Source: an uncultured Methanoregulaceae archaeon (GTDB lineage Archaea > Halobacteriota > Methanomicrobia > Methanomicrobiales > Methanospirillaceae). From it: DNA of 64,000 bases. The stretch spans positions 1,024,001 to 1,088,000 of the forward strand of contig CAVTTL010000001.1 of the NCBI GenBank assembly GCA_963737635.1, given 5' to 3'. Both the position numbers and the translations under genes were made by a program. The notes under the pieces were generated by a model that did no database searches, was not told the DNA's origin, and saw nothing but the letters and a program-made list of their open reading frames with translations. Shown piece after piece: positions 52,275-63,649 of the stretch (its first letter is position 1; each line of letters begins with the position of its first letter).

Positions 52275-52976
52275 TCAGGAAGACGATCCTGTCTGGCTCC
52301 TGAACCATTTCAAGAAGGCCGCGATAAGATCGCTGTCCTTCTGGTCCTGTGCCTGGTTCGCGCTGCTTTCCTGCTGTAGACCTGCCCTATCGTTGTTCCC
52401 GTTCTGGTTCTGGCTTTCGTTTGCGGTGCTGTTATCGAGATGGTGCCAGGAATGGGTCATATTTCCGTTTACCGGTTCGGGTGCGGTAAGGTTCCCCCCG
52501 GGGCCGGTAACGTTTCCTCCGCCGGGCCAGCCCATGGTGGCTGCACCTTGTGCTGTCCAGTTGTTCTCATCGGTGGTATTGCCGTCAAACGGCGGGTGGT
52601 CAAACGCCATCGCGTCTGCAGTTGAATTATCCGGCCCATACCAGGTCATGTTACCTATAGGCGTCATGTTCATCGCCATCTGGCCTGTCATGTTTCCGAA
52701 GGTGCCTCCGGGCGGGCCCTGATGCCCACTCTGGCCATTATCGTTCGTTCCTTGGTTCGCATTCTGCCCGTTGGCTGGCATCAGATTCCCTTGGCCGCTA
52801 CCTGCGTCCTGATTCGCGGGACCGCCCTGTGCCATTCTCTGCGTGAATCCTCCCTGACCAAGAGAGTTTCCTTGGCCGGGTCCCCCTCCGGGCCCTGCTG
52901 CTGCAGCCCCGGATACCATAAGCATGGCCGCACACAACAGGACCGAAAGAAGTCCAATCCTCTGTATTAGGTTCAT
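52275..52976 (-). CDS. Secreted low-complexity Gly/Asn/Gln-rich protein
   Basis: Signal peptide, many N-x-T/S sequons, C-terminal LIAAFLKWF helix. Confidence 0.7.
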   Translation of the reverse strand: MNLIQRIGLLSVLLCAAMLMVSGAAAAGPGGGPGQGNSLGQGGFTQRMAQGGPANQDAGSGQGNLMPANGQNANQGTNDNGQSGHQGPPGGTFGNMTGQMAMNMTPIGNMTWYGPDNSTADAMAFDHPPFDGNTTDENNWTAQGAATMGWPGGGNVTGPGGNLTAPEPVNGNMTHSWHHLDNSTANESQNQNGNNDRAGLQQESSANQAQDQKDSDLIAAFLKWFRSQTGSSS

Positions 52977-53225
52977 CGTGTATGTCTCCCTAAGGCGAAC
53001 CGCTTTTTCCCTGCGGTCTCCCTGCACGCCTTATTTTGTGGGAAGGGTATAAATTGGAATTACGCCCGGGGTCAAATACTTGCAAAAAATATGACAATGA
53101 TTGTACTGGAAAGTTAACTATATCCGCCAAGCATTTCTCTCCCAAACAGGTAAGAACCCTGAAGTCCGGGAAAATCTCTCAAAAAATGTGGGCTTTCCTT
53201 TTCAGGGAAAGGATGGATCGGCAGC

Positions 53226-53507
53226 TTACTTCTTGCCGGTCACTTTGATAATGTGGTAACCGAACTGGGTCTTGACCGGTCCGATAACAGCGCCCTGTTC
53301 TGCGGGAAATGCTGCCTGCTCGAACTCCGGGACCATTTGTCCCTTGCCAAACCAGCCTAGGTCGCCCCCGTTCTTTTTTGAGGGGCAGGAAGAGAATCGC
53401 TTCGCAACTGCGGCAAAATCCTCACCTTCGTTGATCCGTTTTAAGAGCCTGTTTGCATCGTCCTCTTTCGTCACGAGGATATGGGATGCTCGTATCTGTG
53501 TAGTCAT
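53226..53507 (-). CDS. ppiC: Parvulin-type peptidyl-prolyl isomerase
   Basis: RASHILV, SSCPS...GGDLGWF, MVPEFE, TQFGYHII. Confidence 0.93.
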   Translation of the reverse strand: MTTQIRASHILVTKEDDANRLLKRINEGEDFAAVAKRFSSCPSKKNGGDLGWFGKGQMVPEFEQAAFPAEQGAVIGPVKTQFGYHIIKVTGKK

Positions 53508-53559
53508 ATATATTAATAGGGTTTTTCGGATAAAAGAGTTAAGAAAGAGAACAGACCGG

Positions 53560-54971
53560 TTAAAACTCGCCGTCCTGTTCGAAACTCCTACCGTACCGGA
53601 TCGCAAGTTCTGCCTTGTAGAGTTCCCTGCCGAGATATCCGGCATGGTCGAGAAGCGAGATGTGATCTTCCGAAATCAGGGTAAAGAGAATATCCTGCCA
53701 CCGGGTTCCCTTCACGGCTTTCCCTTGGATCTCTGCAACAATCTGATCACCTTCAATGCCGATCCGGAAGTTGCCCTTCGGGTCGTAGGCGATCTCATCG
53801 GGCATTGTTTTTGCGGTGGTTGCGGTCTCGTATTCCAGTGGCGGCTCGTGCCTCCGGCGCTTCTCCTTGAGCACCAGCAGATCGATCCCGAGGTCCTTTG
53901 CGTATGGCCGGTCCCGGGCAAGTATCATCATCTCCGTTGCCCTTCGCATCTCCTTTATCGAGCCATGGGTCTTGTCCGAGTGTTCGCTGGTGAAAATGAT
54001 TGAGGCACCAACTTCCTGTGCCATACCGGCAAGGAGCGCATTTAAGCCGATAGAGTCTGCGTCAAGAAGCTCTGCCACGTTTCCCGCACCAAAGAACTGC
54101 GGGCAACCATAATCCCTGAACTGCGCGAGAGATGCAACAAGTCCTGAACCGACCGGCTGGAGAAGAGGATCTGCGATAATACAGATAATCCCGCGCGCCG
54201 GGCCCGGGCAATATTGGTTTTGAGGGTCTTCTGTCCGGGTACAACGACCGCTGCGGCCCCGGCCCGGCTTATCTCGTTACCGATATGGGGGATGTTTTTT
54301 TCCTGCAGTGAGAGTACAAGGTCGGCCCGGAAGAGCGCCGCTCGGATCAGCGCGGGGTCCTGCGTGTCCACAGCGAGCGGGCGGTCGAGATCTGCAAGTT
54401 CGTCGAAGATCCGTTTTACCTCTTCTGGTGTCGCGTCGAAACCAAAGCCAAGATCGACGATATCTGCTCCAGCCCGGAAATAGTGTTCTGCACGCGCCCG
54501 GATATCCTCTACCCGGTGAGCATCCATGATCTCGGCGAGCACTTTCATCCGTGAATTCCCGCCGATCTTCAAACCCCGGATCATAAACTCCGGCTCTGCC
54601 CTGTTTTCAGCTGCTGCCACCCGATCCATCGCGTCCTGTGCGTTTTTTGCGGCAAGGAAATCATCGGCAGGGATCGTGCGCGAGAGCTGGCCGGTTTTTA
54701 TGAGCGGGAGAACCCATTCGAGGTCTGCAGCATGCCTGGGGCCTCGGTATATGGGCACCCCGGTATCGTGCTCGATCTGCTCAAACGGGACCGTGCACAT
54801 CCCCGAGACTATTACGGCGTCATACGTGCCGTTTTGGATCAGGTTCCTGAGGGCGTGAGGCGTAAGAAACGAAGCTATCTTCCCGGTCACCACTACATCG
54901 GCGTCGAACCCGGCCGCTGCCCGGCGAACGGTCTCTGCAGTGGTGGCACCGGTAGGTAGGAGAATACGCAT
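53560..54971 (-). CDS. Dihydropteroate synthase-like pterin-binding protein with DUF4346-like tail (frameshift near 54190)
   Basis: VASF-like KIASFLTP, GPRHAADL, MKVLAEI, GADIVDLG, GAGNVAELLDADSIG, DPKGNFRI, HAGYLGREL. Confidence 0.85.
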
Positions 54972-55012
54972 ACGTTTTCTTAATACCAGTGAGATAAAAA
55001 TACTATGATCAG

Positions 55013-55690
55013 ATGCTGACCTGCGACCTGCATGTTCATACAAATTTTTCCAAGGATGGCGAGAGCAGTGTCGAAGAGATTCTCCGCCAGGCGGAGGCGG
55101 TCGGGCTCGACGTAATTGCCATCACGGACCACGATTGTATCGACGGGGCAAAAAAGGCACTCGCATACCCCACTTCGCTCCTTGTCATCCCCGGGATCGA
55201 GGTCTCGACTAAACAGGGACACCTGCTGGTGCTCGGGGTAACCGAAGTCATTCCTGCCGGTCTTGACGTTCAGGAGACCGTAAGGATCGCCCGGCGTATG
55301 GGGGCACTGGTGATCCTCCCCCACCCGTATCACGTATGGCGCCACGGTGTTGCCCGGAGGGTCCGGGCAGCGATGAACATCGTGGATGCAGTCGAAGCGT
55401 TCAACAGCCGTTATATCGTGGGGTCGGCAAACCGGAAGGCAGGCCGGATCGCGGCACGGTTAAACAAACCCTGTGTCGGGGGAAGTGATGCACACAATGC
55501 ACGGTTCGTGGGCTTCGGCAGGACGTTTGTCGAGGCAGAGCCGGATATGCATGCCATCTTTGCTGCTATCCGGAAGGGGCAGGTTTCCTGTGGCGGGAGA
55601 AAGACGCCCCTTCGTACGTATACCCGCCAATCGCTGAATAACACATGGAGAAAGATCAAGAGGCTAACCCGGCGGTTCCGCGTCCGGTAA
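55013..55690 (+). CDS. PHP-domain metal-dependent phosphoesterase
   Basis: DLHVHT, AITDHD, PGIEVST..GHL, PHPY, GGSDAH. Confidence 0.92.
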   Translation: MLTCDLHVHTNFSKDGESSVEEILRQAEAVGLDVIAITDHDCIDGAKKALAYPTSLLVIPGIEVSTKQGHLLVLGVTEVIPAGLDVQETVRIARRMGALVILPHPYHVWRHGVARRVRAAMNIVDAVEAFNSRYIVGSANRKAGRIAARLNKPCVGGSDAHNARFVGFGRTFVEAEPDMHAIFAAIRKGQVSCGGRKTPLRTYTRQSLNNTWRKIKRLTRRFRVR

Positions 55691-56487
55691 GGCTTGCATG
55701 CCGGGTCTCGTACCTGGGTACCCGGTTCTATGGCTCGCAGCAGCAGGAGTCCAGCTGTACGGTCGAAGGCGAATTCATCGCCGCGTGCCGGCGTCTCGAC
55801 CTTTTTTCTGACTGGAGGTCTGCGGGTTTTTGTTCTGCGGGAAGGACTGATCGTGGAGTGCATGCATGTGGTCAGGTTGTTGCTTTTACCACGACCTGTC
55901 CCGATCGCGCCAGGCAGGCACTCAACAACCAGCTGCCGCCCGATATCTGGTGCACGGCCTCAGCGGAAGTGCCCGATACCTTCCATCCCCGGTACGATGC
56001 CCGGTCACGCACGTACCGGTATTATTATTCCAGTGAGATACGCGACCTGCAGGCAATGGAAGCGGCAGCCAGGGTGTTCCTTGGCGAGCACAACTTCTCA
56101 AACCTGTCCCGTGTTGGCGGTAAAAACCCGTGGCGGAAGATCCTTGGGGTCCGGACCGGGAATGACGGGCGTTTTGTGTATCTTGAAGTCACGGCGGAAA
56201 GTTTTCTCTGGCACCAGGTACGGTGCATGGCAACTGCGCTTTATTCAGTTGGGATAGGTGAGCTGGATACAGAAGAGATCCAGTTACTGCTCAACGAAAC
56301 GACAAACCGGCCAATCCCGCCAGCTCCGGCGGAAGGGCTGGTGCTCTGGGACACGGATTGCGGGATCGCGTGGGAGCCGATCGAACAGAGCGATCGCAGC
56401 GCCACGTATTGTGCCGGACTCCAGCGGCACCACGCGCTTATGGAACAGATGTGCCAGGTGCTCAGGCCGGAAGACCTGAAGCGCTAG
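55645..56487 (+). CDS. truA: tRNA pseudouridine(38-40) synthase
   Basis: YLGTRFYGSQ, AGRTDRGVHA, RTYRY, FLWHQVR, PAPAEGL. Start position uncertain. Confidence 0.93.
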   Translation: MEKDQEANPAVPRPVRLACRVSYLGTRFYGSQQQESSCTVEGEFIAACRRLDLFSDWRSAGFCSAGRTDRGVHACGQVVAFTTTCPDRARQALNNQLPPDIWCTASAEVPDTFHPRYDARSRTYRYYYSSEIRDLQAMEAAARVFLGEHNFSNLSRVGGKNPWRKILGVRTGNDGRFVYLEVTAESFLWHQVRCMATALYSVGIGELDTEEIQLLLNETTNRPIPPAPAEGLVLWDTDCGIAWEPIEQSDRSATYCAGLQRHHALMEQMCQVLRPEDLKR

Positions 56488-56495
56488 GCCGGGTT

Positions 56496-57714
56496 TTAAA
56501 ATTCCCGGGCACAACCACTTGCGATCGCCGCTTCCTTCACAGCTCCCGCCACGGCTTTAACTACGTCCCGGTTCAGTACCCGGGGCAGGATACGATCCCG
56601 TCGGGGACGTTTTACGTACCCGGCAAGGGCATGGGCTGCGGCGATTTTCATTTCATCTGAGATCCGGGTCGCGCACACGTCCAGGGCGCCCCGGAAGATG
56701 CCAGGGAAGGCTAAGGCATAGTTGATCTGGTTAGGGTAGTCGCTCCGGGCTGTACCAACCACACCCGCCCCTGCCTGGAGGGCATCTTTTGGCAGGATCT
56801 CGGGAAGAGGGCTTGCCAGCGCAAAGATGATCGGATCGTCCGCCATTGTCCGGATCATGGCAGGCGTTACGATCCCTGGTACCGAGACGCCGATACAGGC
56901 ATCTGCCCCCTCCATCGCGTCGGAAAGGGTGCCGGTACGGCCGACCCGGTTGGTCTCTTCGGCGATGATGAACTTGTACTTGTTTTTGTACAAACCCTCC
57001 CGCTCCCGGTGGATGATACCCTGTGTATCGCAGACGATGATGTCGTTCACACTGGGAAAAAGACCGGGGTCGTAGCCGATATGCCGGAGCATGCGGGTAA
57101 TGGCAAAGCCTGCCGCTCCGGCTCCGCAGATAACGACATTCAAGTCTTCGAACCGCTTGTTTGTTACCCGGCACGCATTGAGCAGCGCTGCGAGGACTAC
57201 TACCGCCGTCCCATGCTGGTCATCGTGCATCACCGGTATCCCGATCCCCTGCAGAGCCTCTTCGAGCTCGAAGCACTTGGGTGCTGCGATGTCCTCGAGC
57301 GCGATTCCGCCAAAGACCGGCGCGATGTTCCTGACATCATCTGCAAACTCGGTGTGGTAACTCTCAAAACAGACAGGGAATGCGTCGATACCGGCGAAGT
57401 TTCTTGAAGATAAGGGCTTTTCCCTCCATCACAGGAATGGCTGCATATCCCCCGATGTTCCCGAGTGAGAGCACACGGGAACCATCCGATACGATCGCGA
57501 TGGTGTTGGCCTTAAGCGTGTACTTCCAGGCGAGTTTTGGGTCTTTTGCGATCTCTTTTGAGACCGCGCCGACACCGGGGGTATAGGCAAGAGAGAGGTC
57601 CCGCCGGTTTTTCAGCCTGACTTTTGAGTGCACCTCAATTTTCCCGCGGTATTTCTCGTGGAACGCGAGGGACTCTGCGTAGATGTTCAGCCGCTTTTTT
57701 CTCTGTCCGGTCAT
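56496..57714 (-). CDS. NAD(P)-dependent malic enzyme (frameshift near 57400)
   Basis: LSLAYTPGV, PVMEGKA, then FAGIDAFP...LEDIAAPKCF...HDDQHGTA, GAGAAG, PNQINY.LAFPGIFRGAL. Confidence 0.9.
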
Positions 57715-57819
57715 CAAGGCTTCACATCACTCATTCAATGGTGGCAGCGATGCATGATGAAACTTTTTGTGAGGATTTCTAGGAATGCTTTCGTGATGAG
57801 GCAGAGCGTCGGCAGGTCT

Positions 57820-58251
57820 TTATCTCGGCAGTCCCTTTCCGAAGATTTCATCGATCCACGAGCAGATCGCATCCCGCACTCTCCGGTAACCGTCGAGGAT
57901 TTCCGTATCGGTTCCGGGGGTGAGGTGGGGATCGGGAAATCCGTGATGAATGGTTTTTTTCGCCGAGGGGACAACAGGGCAGACCGCCCGGGCATTATCA
58001 CAAAGCGTGACGGCGAGATCCAAGGGGACGCCGTTAAACGTTTCGAGCGGTTTTGGCCGGTGACCTGAAATATCGATTCCAATCTCCTGCATCACTTGGA
58101 TTGCACGGGAGCTTACCTGTCCTGAAGGACGAAACCCAGCCGAGAAGGCCTCGTAGCGGTCGCTATATTTGGCTTTAAGGTAACCTTCTGCCATCTGGGA
58201 ACGAGCTGCGTTTGCGGTGCAGATGAAAAGGATGCGGGGCTTGCCGGTCAT
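57820..58251 (-). CDS. arsC: Arsenate reductase / LMW-PTP family
   Basis: ILFICTANAARSQMAE, VTLCD, CPVVP, FPDP, RRVRD. Confidence 0.88.
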   Translation of the reverse strand: MTGKPRILFICTANAARSQMAEGYLKAKYSDRYEAFSAGFRPSGQVSSRAIQVMQEIGIDISGHRPKPLETFNGVPLDLAVTLCDNARAVCPVVPSAKKTIHHGFPDPHLTPGTDTEILDGYRRVRDAICSWIDEIFGKGLPR

Positions 58252-58472
58252 ATATGTCAGCTTACGAATAATCGTACGCTGATCCTATACTTCTTTTCCC
58301 GTTAAAAAACCCGGTATTCTGGGTACACAGGAGTCCTCATGGATTGCCGGTCTTCCGGTTCTTGCAGATCCGTCTTCGGTAAGCTACCGTATTTTTGCTT
58401 TAGCGGTATAGTATTCGCTCAAGACTGCAGCGGCGGAAGGGTAGTGTTTTTGTCCATGGTTATACCCCCTCC

Positions 58473-59816
58473 TTATTGTCGCGAAAATGCCGCCGCAGCA
58501 GCGACAAAACGCCGGCAGAACGCATCGGAAAAATATGCATGGGTATATGCGCCGATTGCCGAATGTTCTGTCAGCCCATCGTTACCGTCCATGATGCCGG
58601 CTCCCTGCCCGAGCCGGATCGCAAAGTGTCCTCCAGGGTCGCATTCGATCCGCGAGTAATGGAACTCGTGACCTCTGACAGCCATGGTTCCTGTCCAGAG
58701 GCCGGCTCTCTTTTGGAACCTCCCGTGAACGTATCCGAGAGCTTGAAGTTTTTTTGTCATAACGACCCGGGCCGGCAATATGTCCAGCATCGTATGTTTT
58801 TTATCCGTTTCGAGGGATTTACAGAGGTACATGAGGCCGCCGCATTCCCCGTATACCGGCATACCTCCCATTATCCGGTCGCGGAGATAACGCCTAGACC
58901 GTGAGCGTGCAAGCGTTGCTGCATGGAGCTCGGGATACCCACCGCCGATATAGACGGCATCACATGCCGGCTGCACATCTGCGAGAGGTGAGAAATACCG
59001 GATCTCTGCCCCGGCACGAATGAGACGGTCCAGATTATCCTGGTAATAGAAACAGAATGCATCGTCATAGGCGACCCCGATGACCGCACGGGGATGAGGT
59101 GAAGGAGACCCCTGTGCGATGCCCTGCGGAACCTTAAGCGGCGGGGCAGCCTCAGCTACGGTGAGTATCTGATCAAGATCGCACGATTCCTGTATCAGGT
59201 GCCCAAAAGCCTTCATCGCCGGGGACTCATGCGCCATCAGGAGGCCGAGGTGCCTGCTCTTTACTTCACACTCCTGGTGCCGGGGCACCCATCCCAGTGC
59301 GGGCAGGACTTCTTCCTGCGCAATCATCGCCCGGTGCCGGTCGCTCCCGATCCGGTTGTAGATGATGCCGGCAATCATAACCCGGGGATCGAAGTCCTTA
59401 AAACCCCGGATTACCGCGTGGATACTGCGCGAGACCGCATGTGCATCGACAACCAAGATGACCGGGGCTTTCAGGATCCGGGCCACGTGAGCTGCACTTG
59501 CAATATCTGTTCCACCGGTGCCATCAAACATCCCCATGGCCCCTTCGATCACAGCAATATCCGCGCCTGCCGTTGCATCGGTAAAGGTCCGCAGGATCCC
59601 GGTCTCTCCCATCATACAAAAGTCGAGGTTCCTTGACGCCCTGCTGCAGATGAGTGTATGGTGGGAGGGATCGATAAAGTCCGGCCCGGTTTTGAACGGC
59701 TGGACGTCAAGGCCACGGGCCACGAGGGCAGCCATCAGCCCGCTTGCGATCGTCGTCTTGCCGCAACCGCTGTGCGTGCCGGCGATTACGACCCTGGGGA
59801 TCTCTACTTGCATTAT
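58473..59816 (-). CDS. cbiA: Cobyrinate a,c-diamide synthase family (CbiA/CobB or CfbB paralog)
   Basis: GCGKTT, FKTGPDFIDP, SRHLGL, AFCFYY, GECGGLMYL, GHEFHYS. Confidence 0.85.
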   Translation of the reverse strand: MMQVEIPRVVIAGTHSGCGKTTIASGLMAALVARGLDVQPFKTGPDFIDPSHHTLICSRASRNLDFCMMGETGILRTFTDATAGADIAVIEGAMGMFDGTGGTDIASAAHVARILKAPVILVVDAHAVSRSIHAVIRGFKDFDPRVMIAGIIYNRIGSDRHRAMIAQEEVLPALGWVPRHQECEVKSRHLGLLMAHESPAMKAFGHLIQESCDLDQILTVAEAAPPLKVPQGIAQGSPSPHPRAVIGVAYDDAFCFYYQDNLDRLIRAGAEIRYFSPLADVQPACDAVYIGGGYPELHAATLARSRSRRYLRDRIMGGMPVYGECGGLMYLCKSLETDKKHTMLDILPARVVMTKKLQALGYVHGRFQKRAGLWTGTMAVRGHEFHYSRIECDPGGHFAIRLGQGAGIMDGNDGLTEHSAIGAYTHAYFSDAFCRRFVAAAAAFSRQ

Positions 59817-59935
59817 GATGGTGTTTGCCGGCCTCACGGGTATATCTTATTATGCATCCGGCATGGGTTCGGTGGCATGCGGGTTACGTGGTTATCTTCC
59901 TGGTAATTTGCTAAAAAAAAGAAGTTGTTTTCCGG

Positions 59936-60265
59936 TCATGAAGTTACGTTTGCGGCCTGGCACCCTTCTCCTCGGAAGAGTGCCCATTCCTCGCAGGTGG
60001 TGCCATTCGAGAACGTACACATGCCGTACTGGCTGCCGTCCGGGTTCGTTATGATCTGTGTTGTTCCCCCGATATTGCCACAGTTGACCGAAGCCGGGTT
60101 AGCCATACCGCTTGATCCGGTCTGTACAGCCTGAGGTGTCGTCGGGGCTGCAGCCAGGGTGGTTGTTGTCGGTACAGTTGAGGACGGCTGGGTACATCCG
60201 GCGATGATGATGCCGGCTGCTACACAGAGTCCAAGCACAAGAACTACAGAAGATCTCGATGTCAT
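59936..60265 (-). CDS. DUF333-domain lipoprotein
   Basis: IAGC lipobox; GMANPASVNCGNIGG...GMCTFSNGTTCEEWALFR. Confidence 0.85.
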   Translation of the reverse strand: MTSRSSVVLVLGLCVAAGIIIAGCTQPSSTVPTTTTLAAAPTTPQAVQTGSSGMANPASVNCGNIGGTTQIITNPDGSQYGMCTFSNGTTCEEWALFRGEGCQAANVTS

Positions 60266-60365
60266 GATCCAAATCGGTAACCGTTTTAGCTGCAGGTATT
60301 AAAAAAGATTGTATTGAATTCCTGAATCTGCCCCGTTTTCCGAATTTTATCATCATTCAGGGGCT

Positions 60366-61160
60366 TTAGTTTTCTGCCGCGTCTCTCATTCCGGAGACAT
60401 ATCTCTTAAGAGCAGTTTCCATGCCATCGCGATCACTGAGATGTTGTTCGACGATGTCTACGATTGCGCTCCCGACAATTACTCCGTCGGCCCCGGCCAG
60501 CTTACAAGTCGTGACCTGTTTCGGTGTCGAGATCCCAAAACCAAGCGCGAGTGGGATATCCGTATGTTTCTTTACCCGGTGAAGGAGTGCCAGAGCCTCG
60601 GGAGATATGGTCTTTCTTGCGCCTGTGACACCAAGCACCGATACGAGGTAAAGATAGCCTCGCGCCCGCTGCACTATACTGTCCAGGCGTTGATCGGAGG
60701 TCGTCTGCGTAACGAGAAAAATCGGAGCAATCCTGTGTTGTGCGGCGATCTGGATGACCTCGCTGGATTCTTCGACCGGCATATCGGCTACAAGGATGCC
60801 ATCGACACCTGCCTCGTGTGCCTCGCGGTAGAACCGGTCGATACCCCGGCGGTAGATCGTATTATAGTACGTAAGGAAGACGATAGGTACTTCGGAATAC
60901 GCCCGGATCTCCCGGACGATTGCAAAGATCGTGTCGGGTGTGGTGCCGGCGGCAAGTGCCCGGTCATCAGCGCGCTGGATGGTAGGGCCATCAGCAACCG
61001 GGTCAGAGAATGGCACCCCGAGTTCGAGAATGTCTGTCCCGCCATCGATCAGCGCCTTTGCGATCCGGATGGAGGTCTCTTTGTCCGGGTCCCCGGCCAC
61101 GGCAAAACCAATGAATTTGGTCGAACCTTTTTTCCGGAACACCTCATCGATACGCCCCAT
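60366..61160 (-). CDS. trpA: Tryptophan synthase alpha
   Basis: ELGVPFSDPVADGPTIQ, GVTGAR, GFGIS, VIVGSA. Confidence 0.97.
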   Translation of the reverse strand: MGRIDEVFRKKGSTKFIGFAVAGDPDKETSIRIAKALIDGGTDILELGVPFSDPVADGPTIQRADDRALAAGTTPDTIFAIVREIRAYSEVPIVFLTYYNTIYRRGIDRFYREAHEAGVDGILVADMPVEESSEVIQIAAQHRIAPIFLVTQTTSDQRLDSIVQRARGYLYLVSVLGVTGARKTISPEALALLHRVKKHTDIPLALGFGISTPKQVTTCKLAGADGVIVGSAIVDIVEQHLSDRDGMETALKRYVSGMRDAAEN

Positions 61161-62326
61161 TATGCCACCTCCGGCGCGAAACCTGCAACGTCCTTATCTC
61201 CTCTGCCCGATAGGTTGATGATTACAACATCTCCCCGATCGAACCGGTCGGCGTTTTTGAGAACATAAGCGACAGCGTGGGACGACTCAAGTGCCGGGAT
61301 AATTCCTTCTGTCCGGGATAGGTACCGGAAGGCATCCTGCACGTCCGGATCCCTGACTGCATGGTAGGAGACCCGGTGTGAGTCTTTCAGCATCGCGTGC
61401 TCAGGACCAACGCCCGGGTAATCGAGGCCAGCTGCGATACTGTGTGTGGGAAGTACCTGCCCGTCCCGGTTCTGCAACAGGTACGAGAGCGCACCGTGCA
61501 GAACGCCGGGGTCCCCGGCGCAGAGGGTTGCGGAATGCTCAGCCGTATCGAGTCCTTTGCCTGCCGCTTCGATCCCGATGAGCTCCACATCATCAGCGAG
61601 GAATGAATGGAAGATCCCGATTGCATTTGAGCCTCCGCCAACGCAGGCAACGATGGCATCCGGCATCTTTCGCTCTTTTCGCAGTACCTGCTCCCGCGCC
61701 TCACGTCCGATGATCGACTGGAAATCCCGCACGATGGTCGGGAAGGGGTGCGGGCCGACAACAGATCCGATCAGGTAATGCGTATCGTTCACATTTGCCA
61801 CCCAGTCGCGGAGCGCTTCGTTGGTGGCGTCCTTGAGCGTCTTTGTTCCTGAGCAGACCGGGTGGACCGTTGCGCCCATCAGTTCCATGCGAAAAACGTT
61901 CAGGGCCTGGCGCTTCATGTCGATCTCTCCCATGAACACGTCAACGTTAAACCCGAGCGCAGCCCCGGCAATTGCCGTTGCGACTCCGTGCTGGCCGGCG
62001 CCGGTCTCAGCGATCAGCCTTTTTTTGCCCATGCGTTTTGCAAGGAGCGCTTGGCCGAGCGTGTTATTGAGTTTGTGCGATCCGCCGTGAACAAGATCCT
62101 CGCGTTTCAGGTAGACTGCTAAACCGAGGTCCCGGGACATGTTCCTGCAGAAGGTGAGCGGCGTCGGGCGTCCTGCGTATTCCGACTGGAAACCGGTAAG
62201 TTCTTCTTCGAATACCGGGTCCCGCGCTGCATCTGCATAAGCGTCTTCAAGTTCGATAAGTGCGTTCATGAGGGTTTCCGGCACGTATTGCCCGCCGTAC
62301 TTCCCGAACCGTCCTTTTCCCTCCAT
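61160..62326 (-). CDS. trpB: Tryptophan synthase beta
   Basis: [48 protein letters not shown]. Confidence 0.98.
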   Translation of the reverse strand: MEGKGRFGKYGGQYVPETLMNALIELEDAYADAARDPVFEEELTGFQSEYAGRPTPLTFCRNMSRDLGLAVYLKREDLVHGGSHKLNNTLGQALLAKRMGKKRLIAETGAGQHGVATAIAGAALGFNVDVFMGEIDMKRQALNVFRMELMGATVHPVCSGTKTLKDATNEALRDWVANVNDTHYLIGSVVGPHPFPTIVRDFQSIIGREAREQVLRKERKMPDAIVACVGGGSNAIGIFHSFLADDVELIGIEAAGKGLDTAEHSATLCAGDPGVLHGALSYLLQNRDGQVLPTHSIAAGLDYPGVGPEHAMLKDSHRVSYHAVRDPDVQDAFRYLSRTEGIIPALESSHAVAYVLKNADRFDRGDVVIINLSGRGDKDVAGFAPEVA

Positions 62327-62327
62327 G

Positions 62328-62903
62328 TTAGGCCTCCCTTGCGGCGGCTATGAATGTCGCGATTTTTTTATGCTCTTTTATTCCCGGTTTTTCTTCTACA
62401 CCACTTGCAACGTCGACCGCGTAGGGCCGGATCTCCCGGATCGCGTCCCGAACATTTTCCGGGGTAAGCCCACCGGCGAGGATGACCGGCACTGCAGATT
62501 CCTTTACAACGTCCTTTGCAAACGTCCGGTCAAAATGCCGGCCGGCACCCATACTCTCATCAATAACAACGGCATCGCAACTCTTGGGGATTGCATCTCC
62601 ACGGCCAATCACCCGGAGCACCCGGACTCCTGGCTTATCTGGGAAGGCAAACAGGTGCGAGATCTGGATCGCGTCCGGCGGAAGGGTGAGGATACGTTCC
62701 AGATCTGTTTCTGACTGCGTGTGCGTAACGATGATCCGGGTTACAAAGGGTCCGAGGCAACCGAATATTTCACGTGCCTTGGACTCATGTACCGAGCGCG
62801 GCGAAGACGGCGAGAACATAACGACTCCGATTGCATCGGCGCCGGCCTTTTCCGCGAATTGGGCATCTTCGATGCGGGTTATCCCGCAGATCTTTACGCG
62901 CAT
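62328..62903 (-). CDS. trpF: Phosphoribosylanthranilate isomerase
   Basis: [25 protein letters not shown]. Confidence 0.96.
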   Translation of the reverse strand: MRVKICGITRIEDAQFAEKAGADAIGVVMFSPSSPRSVHESKAREIFGCLGPFVTRIIVTHTQSETDLERILTLPPDAIQISHLFAFPDKPGVRVLRVIGRGDAIPKSCDAVVIDESMGAGRHFDRTFAKDVVKESAVPVILAGGLTPENVRDAIREIRPYAVDVASGVEEKPGIKEHKKIATFIAAAREA

Positions 62904-63649
62904 ACGAATTCCTCCAGTTTTTTTCTAGGGTGAGCATGGGCCATGATCGAGGATCCAATCAGGAACGCATCGCAGTACGGCCTTATTTCCCGGACGTCGT
63001 CTGCCGATCTCATGCCGCTCTCCGATACGACGAGCCGGTTTTTCTCCCGGATCTTTGATGAAAGGTTCCGTGTTGTCGACCGGTCGATAATCATGGTAGA
63101 AAGATCCCGGTTGTTAATCCCGATCAGCTGTGCTTCTGTTGCAAGGGCGCAGCCGATCTCCTCCGCGGTGTGGACTTCCACGAGCGGTTCGAGGCCTGCA
63201 TCGTACACGGCATCGACAAAATCCGGGAGCCTGTCGGAAAGTACGGCCGCAATGAGGAGTACCGCGTCAGCCCCCAGTGCTTTTGTCTCAGAGATCTGCC
63301 GCAGGTCGATGACAAAATCCTTCCGGAGCACCGGTACACAGACTGCCTTTTTGACCAGGGCGATATCGGCCCCCGAACCGCCAAAGAAGAACGGCTCGGT
63401 GAGGACGGAGATCCCGACACAGCCGCCGTCTGCAAGCACGCCAGCCATCATCGCCATGTCCACGTTCCGGCGAATCGTCCCACCTGATGGTGAGGTACAC
63501 TTTATTTCGGCGATCACCGGGTTCTTCTTTTCCGCGAAACGGATTGCTGCTTCAAGACTTACATGGCCGAACCTTTCCGGCTCCGGGAAAGAATCAGGTA
63601 GTTTCTCCACCCGCTTTTTGGTGCGGCAGATAATTTCGTCAAGGATCAT
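62894..63649 (-). CDS. trpC: Indole-3-glycerol phosphate synthase
   Basis: [36 protein letters not shown]. Confidence 0.96.
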   Translation of the reverse strand: MILDEIICRTKKRVEKLPDSFPEPERFGHVSLEAAIRFAEKKNPVIAEIKCTSPSGGTIRRNVDMAMMAGVLADGGCVGISVLTEPFFFGGSGADIALVKKAVCVPVLRKDFVIDLRQISETKALGADAVLLIAAVLSDRLPDFVDAVYDAGLEPLVEVHTAEEIGCALATEAQLIGINNRDLSTMIIDRSTTRNLSSKIREKNRLVVSESGMRSADDVREIRPYCDAFLIGSSIMAHAHPRKKLEEFVCA

